Origin: a virus
Lineage: Duplodnaviria; Caudoviricetes
Length of the DNA: 25,455 bases
Strand: one strand, 5' to 3'
Virus record (IMG/VR): IMGVR_UViG_3300040960_001144
Span: 1-25,455 of that record
Positions within the stretch are counted from its first letter, which is position 1. Each line of letters begins with the position of its first letter. The notes beneath the pieces are model-generated. The model was given only the letters and a program-made list of their open reading frames with translations, searched no databases and was not told the origin of the DNA. Made by a program: the position numbers and the translations under genes. Positions 18,537 through 25,310 of the stretch are shown in pieces.

Positions 18537-18573
18537 AATAATAAATATTAGATATGATAAAATTACCATAATC

Positions 18574-18639
18574 ATAAATATAGTTGAATAAAAAAAAGTT
18601 TCAAATAATTTGACTTTTTTGTTTGTATGGAGTATTTAT
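18574..18639. promoter_or_regulatory. Back-to-back divergent promoters
   Basis: Rightward TTGACT(18610-15)-N17-TATTTAT(18633-39) and leftward TTGAAA(18604-18599)-N18-TATTTAT(18580-74). An imperfect inverted repeat aaaaaagtttcaaa-taa-tttgactttttt spans both upstream boxes. Confidence 0.6.
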
Positions 18640-18667
18640 TGTTATAAACCAATAAAAAATATTAAAA

Positions 18668-18811
18668 ATGAGCGATTGGAAAGAAAGAAAACCGATTTAT
18701 GTATCACCAAATGTATTGAGTGATTTTAAAACCTATTGTAAAAATAATGGGTTAAAGATGGGATTTACCCTTGATAAACTAATTATGGAACATATTAATA
18801 ATCAAAAGTAA
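18668..18811 (+). CDS. 47-aa ribbon-helix-helix-like DNA-binding protein (not in ORF track)
   Basis: MSDWKERKPIYVSPNVLSDFKTYCKNNGLKMGFTLDKLIMEHINNQK* has a beta strand plus two helices pattern. It is the first gene after the divergent promoter and is TAATG-coupled to the replication gene. Confidence 0.7.
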   Translation: MSDWKERKPIYVSPNVLSDFKTYCKNNGLKMGFTLDKLIMEHINNQK

Positions 18812-19584
18812 TGTTAAAAAAACTATTAAGTCAATCTTCTTATTGGATAATCAATAAGCAACTTACATCAAATCTTGGGATAGAAACTAGTTTGTTATTA
18901 ACACATCTTATAGATTGTGCTGATATGTTAGACCAACCATTCTATCAACAAAAAGAAAGGATAATGAAAGAAACAGGTATAACAGACCATCAGTGGAGAA
19001 AATCTATGAAAGTTTTACAAGATAAAGGAATATTATTAGTTGAGAAAAAAGGTAATCCTGCTAAAAACTATTATACCATCGTTGAGGGGGTTTTGTTAGA
19101 TTTATTCAACTATCGCCTGACTAGTGATGTTGAAATCAACACGACTAGTGATGTTGAAATCAACAGCACAAAGAAAGTAATTAATAAAATAAAAACAACA
19201 ACGAGTGAGGAGGAAGGTGGGACAACTCTTGAAGAGTTGTCGGCCACCAGTTCCTCCCTCACTCACGATGAAGGAGGATGGGAGAAGTTAGTTAGATTAT
19301 ATCCAAAGGATAAATTGAATGATGAAATATCAGCAATATCAAAATGGAATACATTAACTCAAGAGGATAAACAGAAAGTGTTTAGACACCTCAAGGTTTA
19401 TATTAAGAATACAGAACATCAATATATCAAACAGATAGGTAATTACTTCAGGGAAGAGCCTTGGACTAAAATGAAACCAAAGAGAAATAAATACGAAGGA
19501 TTACAAGTTATAGATGGTAAAACTAAATCCAAAGAAACTTTGGAAAACGAAGATTTCCTTCGTAATATTGGAGTATTAAAATAA
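18811..19584 (+). CDS. Replication initiator/replisome organiser (wHTH)
   Basis: N-terminal wHTH ('LGIETSLLLTHLID...FYQ....IMKETGIT..QWRKSMKVL..KGIL'), a central linker carrying DNA repeats, and a C-terminal 'LYPK.....A..KW..L...YIK....YF' domain. Confidence 0.75.
   Translation: MLKKLLSQSSYWIINKQLTSNLGIETSLLLTHLIDCADMLDQPFYQQKERIMKETGITDHQWRKSMKVLQDKGILLVEKKGNPAKNYYTIVEGVLLDLFNYRLTSDVEINTTSDVEINSTKKVINKIKTTTSEEEGGTTLEELSATSSSLTHDEGGWEKLVRLYPKDKLNDEISAISKWNTLTQEDKQKVFRHLKVYIKNTEHQYIKQIGNYFREEPWTKMKPKRNKYEGLQVIDGKTKSKETLENEDFLRNIGVLK
19119..19165 (+). repeat. Iteron-like 23-bp direct repeat x2 (period 24)
   Basis: gactagtgatgttgaaatcaaca at 19119-19141 and 19143-19165; each copy contains the dyad GTTGA-aa-TCAAC. 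Confidence 0.9.
19203..19264. repeat. 62-bp imperfect inverted repeat inside the initiator gene (candidate origin element)
   Basis: GAGTGAG GAGGAA GGTGG GACAACTCTT g AAGAGTTGTC gg CCACC ag TTCCTC c CTCACTC. Confidence 0.85.
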
Positions 19585-19601
19585 ATTAAAAAGTAAAAAT
19601 T

Positions 19602-20000
19602 ATGGACGAATTAAACAGAGTATTAGAAACTAATATAATCACACCAAAGTTGATTATAGATGAAGAAACATTATTTAATCCTGATTATATAATAAACTAC
19701 ATAGATGAAGATAATAACCATTATTTAGTTGGTAATTTAGTATCTGTTATTATACCAAAGAGTGAGTGGAAAACATTTCTTAATGAAATATATTCCATTT
19801 ACTACAAAGGAAGTATATTAGGAGATAAAGTTGAAATAAGGGAAAAACTTAATCCAATAGATTTTACCGCAACTATGTTATATCAAATGGCTTATAAACA
19901 TCACGCAAACGATTTCGCAGATATATCAAAAAAGTTTCTTGATGTAAGAAACTTAAAATCAAAAATGAATTGGGGTATGATTAAAAACAAAATGATTTGA
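19602..20000 (+). CDS. Hypothetical protein (132 aa)
   Basis: Clean ORF with an A-rich leader directly after the initiator gene; no motif recognised. Confidence 0.7.
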   Translation: MDELNRVLETNIITPKLIIDEETLFNPDYIINYIDEDNNHYLVGNLVSVIIPKSEWKTFLNEIYSIYYKGSILGDKVEIREKLNPIDFTATMLYQMAYKHHANDFADISKKFLDVRNLKSKMNWGMIKNKMI

Positions 20001-20032
20001 TATATTTATCTTTATAAGAAAAGATAATAACT

Positions 20033-20296
20033 ATGGAACAATTTTTAACTTATGTTATTCCCGTTTTAACTACATTATTGGGCTATATGGGTGGTAATTA
20101 CAAAAGAAAGAAGAATGAGGAAGCATTATACATAACAAACCTCAACGAAAGTTTGAAAGCATACAATCAGGTTATATTGGATATGAAAGAGCGTTATGAT
20201 GAAGAAATCAAACGATTAACTGAAAAGTGTGAGGGTTATGAGAAAATGATAAAAGAACTCAAAGATAAAATTGACTTATTGGAAAAAAATAACTAA
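20033..20296 (+). CDS. Membrane-anchored coiled-coil protein (holin/lysis accessory-like)
   Basis: N-terminal hydrophobic helix (FLTYVIPVLTTLLGYMGG), basic KRKK, then a heptad coiled coil. Confidence 0.55.
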   Translation: MEQFLTYVIPVLTTLLGYMGGNYKRKKNEEALYITNLNESLKAYNQVILDMKERYDEEIKRLTEKCEGYEKMIKELKDKIDLLEKNN

Positions 20297-20337
20297 TATT
20301 ATCATAATATATGCTCCGTAGTTTTACTACAAACCAC

Positions 20338-20379
20338 AATCCCCGATGAAGTCCCAAACTTAAGCATCGGGGATTTTTT
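20338..20379 (+). terminator. Terminator-like hairpin
   Basis: AATCCCCGATG / CATCGGGGATT is a perfect 11-bp stem with an inner AAGT/ACTT stem, followed by TTTT. Confidence 0.8.
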
Positions 20380-20402
20380 ATTACATTAACATATTTATAG
20401 AT

Positions 20403-20648
20403 ATGGATATATACAACATCAAAGAACAGGAATACTTTAAGATGACCGAAGATGAAAGGTATGAGAGTGCCAGAAGGTGTTTAAAGTTAATGAAGGAAGA
20501 TAGTAATATTATGGGTGATGTTATGGATGAGGTGATAGAAGAGATATTGTTAAATGAACTTGAATTCGCAAAAGAATTGGAAAACTATATGATGTGTGAA
20601 GCAATAAACAATATGTTAAAAATAATTAAGAATGCGGAGACCCTGTAA
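20403..20648 (+). CDS. Hypothetical helical protein with UVR-like C-terminal motif
   Basis: 'LEFAKELENYMMCEAINNML' resembles the UvrB/UvrC helical hairpin. The gene is preceded by ATATTTAT-N4. Confidence 0.55.
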   Translation: MDIYNIKEQEYFKMTEDERYESARRCLKLMKEDSNIMGDVMDEVIEEILLNELEFAKELENYMMCEAINNMLKIIKNAETL

Positions 20649-20859
20649 TTGTAAAAGAACTACACAACCACCAACAATTCAACATTCATATATCCCAAAG
20701 ATGAAAACATATTGGATGGAAAATATTGGAGACAAAACATATGATGAATTAACATTTGATGAGAAACAAACTCTCAATATTCATTTCCACGATATATACC
20801 CCTTAAACAATTCAACAGAGGGAGTATTTATATATAATAAACTTAAAAAACTAATTTAA
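20632..20859 (+). CDS. Hypothetical protein (75 aa, N-terminal CxC)
   Basis: Begins 'MRRPCNCKR' and is tightly packed between neighbours. Confidence 0.6.
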   Translation: MRRPCNCKRTTQPPTIQHSYIPKMKTYWMENIGDKTYDELTFDEKQTLNIHFHDIYPLNNSTEGVFIYNKLKKLI

Positions 20860-20860
20860 G

Positions 20861-21052
20861 ATGAACGAAAAGATTTACGGATTGATAAGACATATTTTGT
20901 CGTTTGGAGCAGGTGTTCTGGTGACGAAAGGTGTTATAGATGAAAGCGCATTAACAGAACTTGTTGGTGCTGTTATGACTATGATTGCGTTTGGATGGTC
21001 GTATTACAACAAAATAAAGTTTGAGGGTAGTAATACCGAAGAAGAGAAATAA
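20861..21052 (+). CDS. Putative holin (2 TM, Pam3-gp28-like)
   Basis: 'GLIRHILSFGAGVLVTKG.ID....ELVGAVMTMIAFGWS..NK' gives two hydrophobic helices and a charged C-terminal tail. Confidence 0.7.
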   Translation: MNEKIYGLIRHILSFGAGVLVTKGVIDESALTELVGAVMTMIAFGWSYYNKIKFEGSNTEEEK

Positions 21053-21516
21053 TGGAACAGAACCAACCAAATCCTCCTCATAGACCAACTTATGTGAATA
21101 TGGACTGGTTGGTTGAAAGAGGTAAGGTGCCTGAAACTTGGGCTGATGATATTATCAACTTGGGGAAGGTTGGAAAGAATAAAACAAACTTTGCCAACTA
21201 CCTTAACATCTCAAGAGATGTATTTTATAAACTTATGGATAGAGACCCAAAGTTAAAAAAGGTTGTTAATATGGCAATGTCCTTTAGTGAAGAATGGTGG
21301 CAAGAAAAAGGAAGACAGGCTTGGGAAGAAGGAACAAGTCAAAAATTAAATAGTCAATTCTTCAAATATTATATGTCTAATGTATATAGAGATAGTTGGA
21401 AGGTTAATGTTGATATTACAACCGATGGTGAAAAGATTAACAAGGTTGATGATAAAATCAAAATCCAAATTATCAGACCAGAGATAGAAGATAATGAAGA
21501 TAAGGAAAGTCAGTGA
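21052..21516 (+). CDS. terS: Terminase small subunit
   Basis: HTH 'FANYLNISRDVFYKL', 'SEEWWQEKGR', 'LNSQFFKYYMSN' and C-terminal 'VDITTDGEKI...IKIQII'. It lies upstream of terL. Confidence 0.75.
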   Translation: MEQNQPNPPHRPTYVNMDWLVERGKVPETWADDIINLGKVGKNKTNFANYLNISRDVFYKLMDRDPKLKKVVNMAMSFSEEWWQEKGRQAWEEGTSQKLNSQFFKYYMSNVYRDSWKVNVDITTDGEKINKVDDKIKIQIIRPEIEDNEDKESQ

Positions 21517-21527
21517 TATTTATTATT

Positions 21528-21616
21528 AGATTTTAGTATCTGCCATATTTAATATATTTTTTTTAATTGATTTATTTTTTAATCCCCTGACCTAACGAGG
21601 TTGGGGGATTTATTTT
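21528..21616 (+). ncRNA. Candidate ~88-nt small RNA
   Basis: ORF-free + strand interval bounded by the recurrent ATATTTAT motif (21516-23) and a 13-bp terminator stem. Its 5' half is the reverse complement of an A-rich leader plus ATG GCA GAT ACT AAA ATC. Confidence 0.4.
21581..21616 (+). terminator. Rho-independent terminator
   Basis: AATCCCCTGACCT-aacg-AGGTTGGGGGATT forms 13 bp including two G.U pairs that work only on the + strand, followed by TATTTT. Confidence 0.85.
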
Positions 21617-21644
21617 GTGAATTAAAATATTTGTTGTATATTTG
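21614..21644 (+). promoter_or_regulatory. Bacteroidota housekeeping-sigma promoter, leaderless
   Basis: TTTG(21614-17)-N19-TATATTTG(21637-44)-gggt-ATG(21649). Confidence 0.8.
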
Positions 21645-21648
21645 GGGT

Positions 21649-22386
21649 ATGGAACAAGAAATCACATATAAGAAGTGTAGTAAGTGTGGGGAGGAGAAAC
21701 CCTTGACGAGTGAATATTTTTATAAACAAAAAAATTCTTTAACTTCTCGTTGTAAATTATGTATTAATGAAGATAGAAAGAAATCATACAAAAACAAAAA
21801 ATTAGAAACCAGAAAAAAACAAAAAGAGTATTATTATAATAATAAAGAGAAAATAATAAAAAAACAAAAAGAATATTATTATGATAATCGCGATGAATTA
21901 TTAAAAAAACAAAAAGAATATTATTATGATAATCGCGATGAATTATTAAAAAATAAAATAGTTTATTTTAGAAAAAATAAAAAAAGGATGTGCGAATATA
22001 GTAATCAATATCAAAAACAAAGAAAAAAAAAGGATAAGATATTTAAATTAACACATAATTTTAGAAACATTTTAATTTCTTCTTTTAAGAAAAAAGGTTG
22101 GAGTAAAAAATCTAAAACTTATAATTACTTAAAATGTGATTGGAAGACATTAAAAAAACATATTGAAAATCAATTTGTAGATGGTATGACTTGGGATAAT
22201 CACGGAGAATGGCATTACGACCATTATTATCCTGTATCACTCGCACAGACAGAAGAAGATATGTATATCTTCAATCACTACACTAACTTCCAACCATTAT
22301 GGGCTAAAGACAATATAATTAAGTCAAACAAAGTCCCTGATGGATTTGAAGAGTGGTATAAGATGATGAGAAAAAAAGTCCTCTAA
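21649..22386 (+). CDS. HNH-type homing endonuclease with N-terminal Zn ribbon
   Basis: 'KKCSKCGEEKP...SRCKLC', Lys-rich helical repeats, and 'GMTWDNHGEWHYDH..P...NHYTNFQPLWAKDN..KSNK'. ATG 21649 follows a promoter. Confidence 0.8.
   Translation: MEQEITYKKCSKCGEEKPLTSEYFYKQKNSLTSRCKLCINEDRKKSYKNKKLETRKKQKEYYYNNKEKIIKKQKEYYYDNRDELLKKQKEYYYDNRDELLKNKIVYFRKNKKRMCEYSNQYQKQRKKKDKIFKLTHNFRNILISSFKKKGWSKKSKTYNYLKCDWKTLKKHIENQFVDGMTWDNHGEWHYDHYYPVSLAQTEEDMYIFNHYTNFQPLWAKDNIIKSNKVPDGFEEWYKMMRKKVL
21814..21948 (+). repeat. 45-bp tandem repeat (KKQKEYYYDNRDELL x2 plus one diverged copy)
   Basis: Identical copies at 21859-21903 and 21904-21948; diverged copy KKQKEYYYNNKEKII at 21814-21858. Confidence 0.9.
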
Positions 22387-22409
22387 AACGGGGACTTTTC
22401 TTTTCTTTT
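22374..22409 (+). terminator. Terminator after HNH gene
   Basis: AAAAGTCCTC-taaaac-GGGGACTTTT followed by CTTTTCTTTT. Confidence 0.65.
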
Positions 22410-22437
22410 AGATATTTATGGTTATATTATATGAACG

Positions 22438-23592
22438 ATGAATATAAAAACTACGAGAGTGTTTGAGGAAATTGAAAACAACATAGACAACTACAGAATG
22501 ATTAGTTGTCGTGGTGGTTCAAGAAGTGGTAAGACATTTAACATCTGTATATGGTTGGTAGTATATTGTTTAAGAAATAAAAACAAAACAATATCAATCG
22601 TTAGAAAAAACTATCCATCATTAAAGGGGTCTGTAATGAAAGATTTTATTGAAGTGTTGGAAATGTTCGGGAGATACAATCCAAATGATTTAAGACGACA
22701 GGAGATGTATTATACACTAAACAATAACACAATAGAGTTCCTTAATAGTGAAGACGAACAAAAACTTCGTGGTCGTTCCAGAGATATTTGTTTTATAAAT
22801 GAAGCAAACGAATTACACAGAGACGAATATACACAACTGGCAATAAGAACAAGAGAGAAGATTATTATAGATTATAACCCAAGTGATATAGATAGTTGGA
22901 TATATGAAGAAGAGGAGAAAGAAACTTGTTATTGGTTCAAAACGACATACAAGGATAATGTCTTTTTACAACAGGCAGTAATAGATGAAATAGAAGCACT
23001 AAAAGACAAAGATGAAAACCTTTACAGAGTATTCACATTAGGTGAAAGGGGAATTGCGAGAGAGTTGGTATTCACAACATTTACAGAAGAACAAACAATA
23101 CCACCAACAGCAAAGTTATTGGGATATGGATTAGATTTTGGATTTGTTGATGCGAACGCATTAGTATCAGTATATAAAGACGGAGAACATTTATATTTTA
23201 AAGAATTGATATATGAAAGTAATTTAACCATTAGTGATTTAATATATCGTATGAGTGAATTACAGATGGATAGAACAGATAATATATGGGCTGATAGTTC
23301 CCAACCAGCAGCCATAGAAGAAATTAGAAGGAGCGGGTTTAATATCAAACCAACAAAGAAGACAACAATAGAATATGGTCTTCAATTACTTAAAAGACAC
23401 TATATACATATTGTAGATAGTCCAAATATATTAAAAGAGTTTAACTCCTACAAATATAAGACAGATAAAGATGGTAGAATACTTGGAATACCAGAGGACA
23501 GAAACAATCATAGTATAGACGCACTTCGCTACGCAGTAGAAATGGAATTACACCCGAAATCAATAAACAGAGGAAAATATGCTTTAGTATGA
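22438..23592 (+). CDS. terL: Terminase large subunit (PBSX/SPP1-like)
   Basis: Walker A GGSRSGKT, 'KLRG...DICFINEANE' (Walker B), 'DYNP', 'TTYKDN', and nuclease motifs GLDFG, ADS and NHSIDALRYA. Confidence 0.95.
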   Translation: MNIKTTRVFEEIENNIDNYRMISCRGGSRSGKTFNICIWLVVYCLRNKNKTISIVRKNYPSLKGSVMKDFIEVLEMFGRYNPNDLRRQEMYYTLNNNTIEFLNSEDEQKLRGRSRDICFINEANELHRDEYTQLAIRTREKIIIDYNPSDIDSWIYEEEEKETCYWFKTTYKDNVFLQQAVIDEIEALKDKDENLYRVFTLGERGIARELVFTTFTEEQTIPPTAKLLGYGLDFGFVDANALVSVYKDGEHLYFKELIYESNLTISDLIYRMSELQMDRTDNIWADSSQPAAIEEIRRSGFNIKPTKKTTIEYGLQLLKRHYIHIVDSPNILKEFNSYKYKTDKDGRILGIPEDRNNHSIDALRYAVEMELHPKSINRGKYALV

Positions 23593-24008
23593 CTTATTAT
23601 GCCACAAAAGAAGGTTATGTATATAACGAGAATGGAAGACAAATGAAATGTTGGATAAACCCATCGGGGTATTATTACTTCAAGATGTATTATGATGGTA
23701 AGGCACACGCACAATCAGTCCATAGGTTCGTATATGAATACTTTAATGAACCCATACCAGATAAGATGACTATAGACCATATTAACAACGATAAGTTGGA
23801 TAATAGATTGGAGAACCTACGACTAACCACAAATGCGTTTAATTGTAGAAGGAGGGAATATAACAAACTCAATATGGAATTAGCAGAAGAGATAAGAGAT
23901 TTGTATAAAAAAAATATTTATAGTTATTCACAACTGGCAGCGATGTTTGATGTTGCGAAGACAACAATTAGTAATTGTATAAAAGGAAAAACTTGGAATA
24001 AGATATGA
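23589..24008 (+). CDS. HNH endonuclease with C-terminal HTH
   Basis: 'VHRFVYEYF...IP....IDHINNDKLDNRLENLRL.T...N' followed by HTH 'SYSQLAAMFDVAKTTISNCIKGKTW'. Confidence 0.9.
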   Translation: MTYYATKEGYVYNENGRQMKCWINPSGYYYFKMYYDGKAHAQSVHRFVYEYFNEPIPDKMTIDHINNDKLDNRLENLRLTTNAFNCRRREYNKLNMELAEEIRDLYKKNIYSYSQLAAMFDVAKTTISNCIKGKTWNKI

Positions 24009-24673
24009 ACGACATTAAACTCACAATAGACGGAGAGAAATACACCATAAATCCACAATTAACTCTTGGGGAGTATATGACCTTACAGAAGATGAATAAG
24101 GACGATTTAACCACCCCCAAACTGATGGAGTTAATAACGGGAATACCAGAGAAAGTTATTAAGAAGATTGACGACAAAAGGTCGTTATATATTGTTAATA
24201 AAATCTTAAAAGAAAAGATGAACGATAGGGGTAAATCTGTTAGAGCAACCTTTGAGTTTAAAGATAAGTTATATGGGTTGGAAACAGATTTAACAAAACT
24301 TAACTTTGGTGGATGGATAGATTTAGAAACCTTTATCAGTATGGGGTTCAAAGAAAACCTCAATAAGATTGTTGCGTTATATTACAGACCTATTAAAGCA
24401 CAGATAGGAAAAAAATACATACTTGAACCTTACGATACGGAAGATTGTATCAAAAGGTCAGAAGAGTTTTTGGAACTCCCCTTTGATTATGTTGCTGGTG
24501 CTTCTGTTTTTTTTTTGAGATTTACAAATCAATATACAAAAGATACGATACATATTTTGAAGCGGAAGAACATCAAGATGAGGAAGAGAATGAAGGTAGT
24601 AGAATATATGAAGAGGAAACTCCCGACTTGGCTAATTGGGAAATTACCGCAAGATTTTATCAAACCCAACTGA
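24005..24673 (+). CDS. Tail assembly chaperone (gpG-like, unshifted product)
   Basis: 'LTLGEYM...LNFGGWIDLE...IVALYYRP...A.VFFL' with a T10 slippery run at 24507-24516. Confidence 0.7.
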   Translation: MNDIKLTIDGEKYTINPQLTLGEYMTLQKMNKDDLTTPKLMELITGIPEKVIKKIDDKRSLYIVNKILKEKMNDRGKSVRATFEFKDKLYGLETDLTKLNFGGWIDLETFISMGFKENLNKIVALYYRPIKAQIGKKYILEPYDTEDCIKRSEEFLELPFDYVAGASVFFLRFTNQYTKDTIHILKRKNIKMRKRMKVVEYMKRKLPTWLIGKLPQDFIKPN

Positions 24674-24825
24674 TGTTGTTGGCGAATGATGATATAACAA
24701 AAATTGACGAGATATTAAAATATTCTACTTCAAGGTGTTTTAATTATTTATCATATTATAAAGACAAGCGAACAAGAGAAATGAACGCAATAAAGAAAGC
24801 CAGACAAAAACAAATAAGACGATGA
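24508..24825 (+). CDS. -1 frameshift extension of the tail chaperone (gpT-like)
   Basis: The -1 frame opens at 24487 (after TGA at 24484), just before the T10 run, and stays open to 24825 (FEIYKSIYKRYDTYFEAEEH...LANDDITKIDEIL...CFNYLSYYKD). Confidence 0.75.
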   Translation, partial: FFFEIYKSIYKRYDTYFEAEEHQDEEENEGSRIYEEETPDLANWEITARFYQTQLMLLANDDITKIDEILKYSTSRCFNYLSYYKDKRTREMNAIKKARQKQIRR

Positions 24826-25310
24826 CTTATCCTGAAATGACTTTTAATTCAGTAATTGATGAACTATTCAAGTTCGCCAAATATCATAAACAAATTAACA
24901 ATTATGGTTTTGGTAATCTTGTTGATTTTTCAAGAAAAAACGAAAAGGTGGATGATGTAAAATATCCCCTTATGTTTATCACCCCACAGAATATCACATA
25001 TAACAAGACCACCACACAATATGATATTAGTATTGTTTTTGGTGATATATTACAAGATGGTAATGAGAATGGAAAATATGTTATATCCAATATGGGTCTT
25101 ATCGCAAAGGACTTAATATCATACATCACGAACCCCCCATCTAATCCCAATTCCGTTGATTTAACGGATGTATTTGATATAACTTTTCCTGTTAATGGTA
25201 TTCCCTTCCAAGAGAGATTTAATGACTTTATTGGGGGTGTTTCGTTGGACTTAACTATCATAGTTAGAGACAGCATAAACACTTGTTCTGATATGGTAGT
25301 TATTGAGTGA
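24822..25310 (+). CDS. Tail terminator/completion protein (putative)
   Basis: 162 aa with 'H.QIN..GFG...D....KYPLMFI.P...PFQERFND..GG..L.L.I'; ATGA-coupled to the upstream gene. Confidence 0.55.
   Translation: MTYPEMTFNSVIDELFKFAKYHKQINNYGFGNLVDFSRKNEKVDDVKYPLMFITPQNITYNKTTTQYDISIVFGDILQDGNENGKYVISNMGLIAKDLISYITNPPSNPNSVDLTDVFDITFPVNGIPFQERFNDFIGGVSLDLTIIVRDSINTCSDMVVIE

Noticed and set aside
21601-21648. TTG start for the HNH gene given in the ORF track
   Set aside because: It lies within the terminator stem and upstream of the promoter; ATG 21649 fits the leaderless pattern.
22438-24008. Possible intron or intein in terL associated with the HNH genes
   Set aside because: terL is continuous at 384 aa with all ATPase and nuclease motifs; both HNH genes are free-standing.
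24628-24825. Independent 65-aa gene starting at TTG 24628
   Set aside because: Weak start inside the upstream gene; the frame is open from the slippery site, so it is better explained as a frameshift extension.
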